Shown piece after piece: positions 38,928-45,997 of a stretch of 58,855 bases of DNA (position 1 is the first letter of the stretch; each line of letters starts with the position of its first letter). Under the pieces are notes generated by a model. It had not been told where the DNA came from and searched no databases. It saw only the letters and a list, made by a program, of their open reading frames with translations. A program made the position numbers and the translations under genes. The DNA is from an uncultured Clostridia bacterium (GTDB taxonomy: Bacteria > Bacillota > Clostridia > Christensenellales > CAG-917): contig CAMZEU010000003.1 in assembly GCA_947305865.1 (NCBI GenBank), positions 1-58,855 of the forward strand, given 5' to 3'.

Positions 38928-40750
38928 TATTTTTTTACAATCATTATACGGTCTATGCCGTTGTAATCTTTCTTAATTTCAATCTCTTTGCCTTCAAATA
39001 ATTGTGCCACTTTCTCGCTTTCATCAATTCCTAATTCAAGAATTAGACGACCATTATCATTAAGGTGCTCTTCATATCCTGCTGCAATCTTTCTATAAAC
39101 ATCTAGTCCGTCTGCTCCACCATCTAAAGCAAGCATTGGTTCAAAGTCTTTAACTTTCTTTTCAAGTGTTTGTATGTCTGCACTTGGAATATATGGTGGA
39201 TTGGATACTATGATGTCAAACTTTTCATCTGGAACAGCATCAAATAAGTTTCCTTCTTTGAAATTTATCTTCAAGCCAAGAAGCATTGCATTACTCTTTG
39301 CTATATCTAAAGCTGGTGCTGAAATATCTGTAGCGGTAACCTCTGCACCTTCTTTCTTTGTTGCAATTGCTATAGCGATAGCACCACTTCCAGTGCATAA
39401 GTCTAATACCTTCTTACCCTCTGTATTAATTGCAACTTCAGCAACTAATTCTGTTTCTGGTCTTGGAATGAGAACATTTTTGTTAAGATTAATTCTTATA
39501 CCATAGAACTCTGTGTATCCCAAAGCATATTGAAGTGGCATGCCGTCTTTCATCTTTTCGGCATAATCCATAGCCGTCTTGAATTGCTCTGTGGTTAGCA
39601 TATAATCATCTTTCAACTCTGTTCTCTTTAATCCAGTAACCTCTACAAGTAACCACTCTAAGTCTGCATCATCTGCTTCCGTAGCAATGTACTTTAATCT
39701 TTCTTTTGCCATTTTAATTGGCAAACGAATATTAAATGTCTCCTCTGGAATACTTGGATCCGCATCCATCTCTTGAACTTTCTTGAATGCTGCAATAGCA
39801 ACTTCTGCCATATCATCTGTTGGCTTTCTAGTTGTTAGTTTTTGAAGTGCAACACCAGGAGCTCTAAGTATTCTAAAGAATAAGTTGTCTGACAAAGCAA
39901 GTAATTTTAAGAGTTCATAACTTATAGCTGCAACAACTGGTATAAAGATAATCTTGCAAGGAACTTTAATTAATGCATTGATTGCGCTGTTGAAATGCAA
40001 CCAACCTAATGCCGTTAAAGCCCAGTTGATAAATACAAACATAAGTATACTTATGATAATTACAAAGAATGTAAATGTTGTTCCACAACGAGAGTGGAAA
40101 GTACTTTGCTTTTGTACGTTTTCAACTGTTAACTCTAAACCATGTTCATAACAATTTATTGTTCTATGTTCTGCACCATGATACATAAATACCCTGCGAA
40201 TATCTTTCATAATGGTTATTGAAACGACATAGCCAATAAATATTAGTAACATTAGACCACCTTCTAGCAAACTGTAATAAAGTGGATATAATCTATCTGC
40301 TTCTACAGGTTTTAATGCTGCAGTGGACACGACATTTGGCACAACAACAAATAATGCGACAGCGAACACTAATCCAAGGATTAGTGAGAAAGCCATGAGA
40401 ATCTTCATTGGGTCTACCTTTAATTTCTTAGATGCCCATTTCTCAAACTTAGAAGGCTCTGCATAGTCTCCAAACACTTCTGCTGAACGCATTAAAATAC
40501 CCATACCTTGTCCAAGTTGTGTAACAAGGTTTACAATGCCACGTATAAATGGGAGTCTAAAGAATATGTTTCTTTCCTTAGCACTCTTATAACGTTTTGT
40601 TTCAAAGGTAATTTCTCCAGCTTCAGTTCTTACTGCAGTTGCTATGCTGCGCTCACCTTTCATCATTACACCTTCGAGAACTGCTTGCCCTCCGATGGAT
40701 GTCCTGCGAACTGCCTTTGTCTTTTCTTTCTTTTCTCTCTTCGCTGCCAT
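38927..40750 (-). CDS. prmC: Fusion: DUF1385 membrane domain + release-factor glutamine N5-methyltransferase PrmC
   Basis: N-terminal [14 protein letters not shown] and [13 protein letters not shown] (DUF1385). C-terminal [14 protein letters not shown] and NPPY motifs (PrmC). TAATG overlap with prfA. Confidence 0.8.
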   Translation of the reverse strand: MAAKREKKEKTKAVRRTSIGGQAVLEGVMMKGERSIATAVRTEAGEITFETKRYKSAKERNIFFRLPFIRGIVNLVTQLGQGMGILMRSAEVFGDYAEPSKFEKWASKKLKVDPMKILMAFSLILGLVFAVALFVVVPNVVSTAALKPVEADRLYPLYYSLLEGGLMLLIFIGYVVSITIMKDIRRVFMYHGAEHRTINCYEHGLELTVENVQKQSTFHSRCGTTFTFFVIIISILMFVFINWALTALGWLHFNSAINALIKVPCKIIFIPVVAAISYELLKLLALSDNLFFRILRAPGVALQKLTTRKPTDDMAEVAIAAFKKVQEMDADPSIPEETFNIRLPIKMAKERLKYIATEADDADLEWLLVEVTGLKRTELKDDYMLTTEQFKTAMDYAEKMKDGMPLQYALGYTEFYGIRINLNKNVLIPRPETELVAEVAINTEGKKVLDLCTGSGAIAIAIATKKEGAEVTATDISAPALDIAKSNAMLLGLKINFKEGNLFDAVPDEKFDIIVSNPPYIPSADIQTLEKKVKDFEPMLALDGGADGLDVYRKIAAGYEEHLNDNGRLILELGIDESEKVAQLFEGKEIEIKKDYNGIDRIMIVKK

Positions 40751-40754
40751 AATG

Positions 40755-40786
40755 TAAAAAAGGCGAGATACTTTTTCGTTCCCGCC
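40755..40786 (-). terminator. Intrinsic terminator after rpmE
   Basis: Minus-strand RNA GGCGGGA-(loop)-UCUCGCC followed by UUUUUU. The U-run ends 6 nt before the DUF1385-prmC ATG. Confidence 0.7.
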
Positions 40787-40800
40787 CAGTTCATTGTCTC

Positions 40801-41010
40801 TTATTTGTTGAGATTGTAACGCTTGTTGAACTTATCTACTCTACCGCTAGTATCAACAAGTTTTTGCTTTCCTGTGAAGTATGGGTGACACTTTGAACAA
40901 ATTTCAACACGGATTTCGTCTCCATTAACTGTTGAACCTGTTTCGAATGTGTTTCCGCATGCACAGATAACCTTAACGGTGTGGTAATTTGGATGAATAC
41001 CTTCTTTCAT
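40801..41010 (-). CDS. rpmE: 50S ribosomal protein L31 (zinc-ribbon type A)
   Basis: [26 protein letters not shown]...[15 protein letters not shown] 41010 follows AGGAGGA. The upstream extension in the ORF track was discarded. Confidence 0.92.
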   Translation of the reverse strand: MKEGIHPNYHTVKVICACGNTFETGSTVNGDEIRVEICSKCHPYFTGKQKLVDTSGRVDKFNKRYNLNK

Positions 41011-41029
41011 TGTCGTCCTCCTATATCTT

Positions 41030-41068
41030 TGTGGGTGTATTCTCTTGCCCACACGTGCCTCTTGCACG
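41030..41068 (-). promoter_or_regulatory. Structured rpmE 5' UTR: two adjacent hairpins (candidate L31 leader)
   Basis: Minus-strand CGUGC-AAGAG-GCACG followed by UGUGGG-CAAGAGAAUACA-CCCACA. The heptamer GCAAGAG occurs in both loop regions. Confidence 0.4.
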
Positions 41069-41089
41069 TATATGACATAAGTGCTAACT

Positions 41090-41118
41090 ATAATATATCA
41101 TAAATGATATGCTGTCAA
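41090..41118 (-). promoter_or_regulatory. Sigma-70-type promoter for rpmE
   Basis: Minus strand TTGACA, 17 nt, TATTAT. Confidence 0.6.
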
Positions 41119-41131
41119 ACAAAAATTAACC

Positions 41132-41854
41132 TTAAAATTCTGGCTCTTTAGAAATTAGAGATAGTAATTCTTTCCTTACTCCATCTAACTCTAGATCCAA
41201 TAAAGTTCTAAACATAGCATCTTTTTCAATCTTGGTTTTGTATATAACCTCAACTGGATTGTTTGCAAATACAAAGATGTTGTCTGCTGAGAGTAAACAC
41301 TCATCTATTGCATGAGTAACAAAGATAACTGTCTTTCTTTCTTCTCTATGTAATTCAAGCAAGACTTTAATAAGCTTTGATTTAAGAGATGTGTCTAATG
41401 CTTTGAATGGTTCGTCTAGTAAAAGAACATTACTTGGATATAAGAAAGCTCTTGCAATTGCTGCTCTTTGAATTTGTCCGCCACTCATCTCTGTTGTATA
41501 CTTCTTTGCGCAGTCTTCTATCTCCAAAATTTGGAGCATTTTTTGTATCTTATCTTTGCGTTCTTTCTTATCCTTAATAATTGCCTTTAATACCAAATCT
41601 AGGTTTTTATATATCGTAATTGATGGGATTAACCTATCTTTTTGGAAAATATAGCTAACTCCAGCCTCGTGTCCTTTTATATCTCCAGAGTATGGCAATA
41701 TGCCTGCAATACAATTCAAAATTGTTGTCTTTCCAACACCACTAGAACCGAGAATCACATTAACTTTTCCCTCTTCAAATTCTATATTGAAGGAGTCAAA
41801 AATGACCTTATCATCATACTTAACATTAAGATCTTTTATAACAACATTACTCAT
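41132..41854 (-). CDS. ABC transporter ATP-binding protein (NitT/TauT family)
   Basis: Walker A GSSGVGKT, signature MSGGQIQR, Walker B LLLDEP. ATGA overlap with the permease gene. RBS GGAGGAAG. Confidence 0.85.
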   Translation of the reverse strand: MSNVVIKDLNVKYDDKVIFDSFNIEFEEGKVNVILGSSGVGKTTILNCIAGILPYSGDIKGHEAGVSYIFQKDRLIPSITIYKNLDLVLKAIIKDKKERKDKIQKMLQILEIEDCAKKYTTEMSGGQIQRAAIARAFLYPSNVLLLDEPFKALDTSLKSKLIKVLLELHREERKTVIFVTHAIDECLLSADNIFVFANNPVEVIYKTKIEKDAMFRTLLDLELDGVRKELLSLISKEPEF

Positions 41855-42627
41855 CTTGTCTTCCTCCAAATATACTTAAAAAGAGATACAATACCTTCCA
41901 AAACAAAGGCTATAACAATGGATGCAATAGTCCATGCAAGGAGGTATTCTATATCAAAAATATTCTGTTCATACTTAATCCAAACACCAATACTCTTAGG
42001 AATTGAAGTTAGTATTTCAGCTGCCACCACAACCTTAAATGTAAGAGAAATTGTAGACTTACTCATATCAAATAATGTTGGAGTTACACTAGGTAAATAA
42101 ATACTAAATATTCTATCAATTGGCTTAACTTTATATATTTTTGCCATTTCTAGTAAATCTTTATCCACATTCTCTATAGCACTAAAGAATGCCGAATATA
42201 AGATTGGGAAGGCAATTAAAAGTCCTACAACAATAGCAAGTTTATTGTTTGCCATAAATGCATAAGCAATAAGGATTATAGCCACTGTAGGCGCCGCTCT
42301 GAGTATTGTAATGATTGGTGCGAGTGTTTTATTTAATGGCTTCCAAAGATTGCCTAAAGAAGCTAGAACAACTGCAAAAGCAAAAGAAATAGCAAAGCAT
42401 ATTAATGTTCTTAGTATAGACCATCCTATATTAGTCCAGAAATACTTCTCTCCAAACAACATAAAGAAAGCCTTTAGTGTTACACCTGGTTCTGGAAGTA
42501 TTATTGGATTATTATATGCTTTAGAGCATATAGCCCACACTGCCAGCACTAATGCTAGTGCCAGCAATGGGTAGAAAATATTTGAGCATATCTCTAATGC
42601 TTTTTTGTTGATCTTAATATTTTTCAT
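41851..42627 (-). CDS. ABC transporter permease (NitT/TauT family, BPD-type)
   Basis: 6 TM helices and a permease loop region. Sits between the SBP and ATPase genes. Confidence 0.8.
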   Translation of the reverse strand: MKNIKINKKALEICSNIFYPLLALALVLAVWAICSKAYNNPIILPEPGVTLKAFFMLFGEKYFWTNIGWSILRTLICFAISFAFAVVLASLGNLWKPLNKTLAPIITILRAAPTVAIILIAYAFMANNKLAIVVGLLIAFPILYSAFFSAIENVDKDLLEMAKIYKVKPIDRIFSIYLPSVTPTLFDMSKSTISLTFKVVVAAEILTSIPKSIGVWIKYEQNIFDIEYLLAWTIASIVIAFVLEGIVSLFKYIWRKTR

Positions 42628-42628
42628 C

Positions 42629-43612
42629 TTAGAAGATTATATCCTTCTTTGAATCCCAGTCTACGCTTGGCATTATATTCTTTAAGAATGTAATGATAGT
42701 TGCTTGGCTTTCTAAATTTAAGCGAGCACAGTTTACAGCGCATCTGTCTAATGCTCCTGCTGGGAATGCTGCTGAAGCATATAAGTGTTCTTGTGCATAA
42801 GCTGTAACATTTGCCTTGTTTTCAGAAATCCATGTCTTGTTTTGTTCTAATGCTGCAAATAATGCTGCCATGAATGTTCCGTTATTTGCTAATTCACTCT
42901 TTACAAACAAACCTGCTTGTGGATATGAATTCTCTGCGCCAACTGCAGCATTATATAATGCTTGAATATCCATTCTTGCGTTGTATCCAATCTTTGCTGA
43001 GAGTGCTGTTGCTGCTGGTTCACCAACTACTGCATAATTTGCAGAACCGCCAACGACTGCTGCATTTGCTGCTGATCCATCTGCTGCCCAAACGATTTTA
43101 ACTTGAGAAGTTGATGGTGTACCTTCTGTAATAATCTCAATATTGTTTGCTCTTAAGATGTATGAGAATGTGAGTCCAGGAACTGCACCTTGGCCAATAC
43201 ATGCAACTGTTTTGCCTTTGATATCATCTAAAGTAATTGCATTGCTTCCTTCCTTGTTACCTATAAGGTAAAGGCTTCCGTTAACTGCAATACTTACGAG
43301 CTTATATGGAGCATTTTTAGTTGCGATTAAGTTTGCACCTGCATTAATTGGCATAATAACTACATCTGCCTTGCTTGCACCCATTTCTGTTGCAATATTT
43401 GCTGGAGCAACAACTTCATATTCCATATTGAATCCGTCTATTGTCTTATTCTCAGTTACAAGACTACAAATTGCTAATGCTGGAGTTCCTTCTGGAGCTG
43501 CAACTCTAAGAGTTTTGACTTCGCTGCTGTCTTTTTTGTTACAAGCAACTAAGCCAATAGCCATAACTGCTACTAATGCTAATACTAACATTAAAACTAA
43601 TACTTTTTTCAT
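42629..43612 (-). CDS. ABC substrate-binding lipoprotein (NMT1/THI5-like, SsuA-like fold)
   Basis: Lipobox GLVAC|NKKDS. Size and operon context fit. RBS AGGAGAT. Confidence 0.7.
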   Translation of the reverse strand: MKKVLVLMLVLALVAVMAIGLVACNKKDSSEVKTLRVAAPEGTPALAICSLVTENKTIDGFNMEYEVVAPANIATEMGASKADVVIMPINAGANLIATKNAPYKLVSIAVNGSLYLIGNKEGSNAITLDDIKGKTVACIGQGAVPGLTFSYILRANNIEIITEGTPSTSQVKIVWAADGSAANAAVVGGSANYAVVGEPAATALSAKIGYNARMDIQALYNAAVGAENSYPQAGLFVKSELANNGTFMAALFAALEQNKTWISENKANVTAYAQEHLYASAAFPAGALDRCAVNCARLNLESQATIITFLKNIMPSVDWDSKKDIIF

Positions 43613-43632
43613 AATTTATATCTCCTTAAAAA

Positions 43633-43881
43633 TTATTCCATTGTTACTGCTAATGCAGACTTAACTGAGATGTTAGGGAATTTACCGAGTTTGCCTGTTA
43701 GAGCAGATATTCTTTCTACTGTTCCTTCAACTATTAATGCTATAGCATTAACATCTTCTCTTGGAATACCCATTCTACCAACGATAATGTCTGCAAAGTC
43801 TCCAAAAATCTCTTGCATTGCCATAATTTCTTCTTTGTTCTTTTGAGTAATAACAATACCAACTACACCTATTTTTTTCAT
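43633..43881 (-). CDS. TM1266-like small ACT/NikR-C-like ligand-binding protein
   Basis: MKKIGVVGIVI...IVGRMGIPRED..NAIALIVEGTVERISALTGKLGKFPNISVKSA resembles the TM1266 family pattern. ATG 43881 follows AGGAGA. Confidence 0.55.
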   Translation of the reverse strand: MKKIGVVGIVITQKNKEEIMAMQEIFGDFADIIVGRMGIPREDVNAIALIVEGTVERISALTGKLGKFPNISVKSALAVTME

Positions 43882-44007
43882 GCTGTCTCCTTTACCCAAA
43901 CAAAAAAGCCACCTTTTACAAGATGGCTAGAAATACCCTAAAAAATAAAGTAACTATCGTGCGCCATCTTACTCTCCGAGAACTCATTGATTGGGATTCG
44001 TGTATTT
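43882..44007 (-). promoter_or_regulatory. Leader RNA with mutually exclusive terminator / antiterminator helices (unclassified riboswitch or attenuator)
   Basis: Terminator AGCCAUCU-UGUAAA-AGGUGGCU plus a U-run (43898-43928). The upstream AAGAUGGC (43963-43970) is perfectly complementary to the 5' terminator arm GCCAUCUU (43920-43927). Confidence 0.6.
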
Positions 44008-44036
44008 AGTTTACTCCATGTGTAATATAGTGTCAA
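44008..44036 (-). promoter_or_regulatory. Sigma-70-type promoter of the TM1266-like/ABC operon
   Basis: Minus strand TTGACA (44031-44036), 17 nt, TAAACT (44008-44013). Confidence 0.6.
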
Positions 44037-44044
44037 TCTTTTAC

Positions 44045-44076
44045 AAATAAAAAGGCACCAGTATTAACCAGTGCCA
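44045..44076 (-). terminator. Intrinsic terminator after the FtsX-ABC/lipoprotein operon
   Basis: Minus-strand RNA GGCACUGG-UUAAUA-CUGGUGCC (two G-U pairs) followed by UUUUUAUUU. Confidence 0.65.
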
Positions 44077-44098
44077 AATTATCTAAAGTAAATAATAA

Positions 44099-45997
44099 TT
44101 AGATGTTGAATATGTTAACAAATATAGGTAACAACATAAATAATCTAATAATAGAAGCATCTTTTATCTTTTCTTCCAATACTGCCCTATTTGGATCTTT
44201 ATAGCTTTCGGTATCCTCTCTTGTTACAAACTCTGCCGTTGCAATGCCTTCAAGAACTCCATCCACATACATTTCATCAATATACTTCAACATATTTGAA
44301 TCTGTGATTACAATTCCCTTAGGGACCAATTGTTCAATTATTAATCTCTCCAAGAGATTATGAACATTAGTATACCAACCATCTGTATTTCCTTCTGGTA
44401 TTTCAGCGATATGTGCCAACTCATCTGAGATAACACCAAAGCTTTGTAATGTATTTACAACAGAATTGACAGTATATGTAACATCTGATCTAGCAACACT
44501 ATCTAGTGTCAAGAATTCTGTATACCTCTTTTGTAAACTAAACAATCCTGCAAGCGCCCATACTGGGTTAGACAATTCGCTCAACATATTATTAATTTCT
44601 TCTTGAATTTCTTGTTCCGTCTTTCCTTCTCTATCTATATCGAAGTACTTCCCATCATTATCTGTATCCATGATTAATTCTAAGAAGATGTAAATTACAC
44701 TGGAATAAATGTCTCCTGTGATATTTGAATCAATAGTATTTATAAATGCCTTACTATATGCTTTGCTTTCTTCCAATGTGGTTCCTGCATTCTTTTTATA
44801 TTCAATTAATGCTCTTGCAGCAAAAATATATGCATTTTCATTTTGTGGGTTTTCTGCTTTTATTGCATATGTGATTAAATCATCTATAAATGTTTCATCA
44901 TTTTCAAAAACAGACCATGACTTAAGTAAAATATCTGTGAGTATTGGGATTAAATCAACACCTGTGTTAACATATCTAACAACATTTAATGCTCCTGAAA
45001 CGATGTTATTCTTTGCGACAAAAGTATTTGTGAGAGATGAAATCTTATCAAATGTATTCTTTACATTCTCAACCTCTTGACCATTTGTTACAAAGTAATC
45101 ATTCATTGTTTTAAGTTTGATTCTTATGGAATCAATAAAGTTAATAATATCGTTCTTAGAAAGGTTAGACATTGCGCCTTTACCACCATCTACAACATCC
45201 TTTAATTGGCCTGTAGTAAACAATCCACTAAATTCATAAACGATCTTAAAGAGTGCCTCAAAGCCTGCTCTACTTTCATTTAAGGAAGCTAGTAAACTGT
45301 CTTTGACAGTTTTTGTTAATGTAGAAGACATAAAGTCTCTTGATCTTTCCATATCGCTTATTTCTTCTTGGATACTTGTTCTTGCGAGGTCTGTTAAAGT
45401 TATATCTGTTCTATTTGGATTTACTAAATCTTTTGCCTTATCCAAAGCATTTGAATAAACTGTTTGAGCTTGGTCTAACAAATTTTCAATTAATAAATAA
45501 GATAATGCTGCAGACTCTTCTGAAAGCAAACCACCTTGAGAGATAAAATTAAGAACAAACGAGAAAGCTTTGACTTGCAACTTCTCATCCTTATTCTCTT
45601 CCATTTCCCTTATTTCATTCTTCAAGAAGGAATTCATTGTTACAAACTTAGAGTTTCTCAAATTAGATGCCTTTATAGTATCTACAAAGAACTTAGCCCA
45701 GTATAGGTTGGAAATATAATCTCCAGCTGTTGAAGTTATTGAGTTATCCTTTTCGCCTTTCTTCGTTAAAGCAACGATTTCTGCATCTGTTAAAGAAGCT
45801 GTCCATTGACCTTGTCCAGCAAATCTCATAATGTTGTCTAGCAATTTATCACATGCTTCATCTCTTTCTTCAGCATCTCTTTGGGTATCTCTATCCATAT
45901 TGTCTTTTTTGTTACAACTTGAGAGCATAGCCAATGCCAATACAGTTAGACTAATAACTAATATAATACAAACTATTTTTCTAATATTCTTTTTCAT
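44099..45997 (-). CDS. 632-aa lipoprotein of unknown function, with a hydrophobic extreme C-terminus
   Basis: Lipobox LAMLSSC|NKKDN. TAATG overlap with the permease stop. RBS GAGGG. The last 19 residues, SIIRLFMLLPIFVNIFNI, are hydrophobic. Confidence 0.75.
   Translation of the reverse strand: MKKNIRKIVCIILVISLTVLALAMLSSCNKKDNMDRDTQRDAEERDEACDKLLDNIMRFAGQGQWTASLTDAEIVALTKKGEKDNSITSTAGDYISNLYWAKFFVDTIKASNLRNSKFVTMNSFLKNEIREMEENKDEKLQVKAFSFVLNFISQGGLLSEESAALSYLLIENLLDQAQTVYSNALDKAKDLVNPNRTDITLTDLARTSIQEEISDMERSRDFMSSTLTKTVKDSLLASLNESRAGFEALFKIVYEFSGLFTTGQLKDVVDGGKGAMSNLSKNDIINFIDSIRIKLKTMNDYFVTNGQEVENVKNTFDKISSLTNTFVAKNNIVSGALNVVRYVNTGVDLIPILTDILLKSWSVFENDETFIDDLITYAIKAENPQNENAYIFAARALIEYKKNAGTTLEESKAYSKAFINTIDSNITGDIYSSVIYIFLELIMDTDNDGKYFDIDREGKTEQEIQEEINNMLSELSNPVWALAGLFSLQKRYTEFLTLDSVARSDVTYTVNSVVNTLQSFGVISDELAHIAEIPEGNTDGWYTNVHNLLERLIIEQLVPKGIVITDSNMLKYIDEMYVDGVLEGIATAEFVTREDTESYKDPNRAVLEEKIKDASIIRLFMLLPIFVNIFNI

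Noticed and set aside
43882-44007. TPP riboswitch (expected for NMT1/THI5-type HMP transporters), or a guanidine-I (ykkC), SAM, glycine or preQ1 riboswitch, in the ABC operon leader.
   Set aside because: I could not find the defining conserved elements. For TPP these are CUGAGA and ACCUGAUCUGGAUAAUGCCAGCG-like segments. For ykkC they are GGGA...ACACGGCGGGA...CCCGGGAGA-like segments. For glycine it is ACCGAAGG. CUCGGAGAG alone is not diagnostic. The element is left unclassified.
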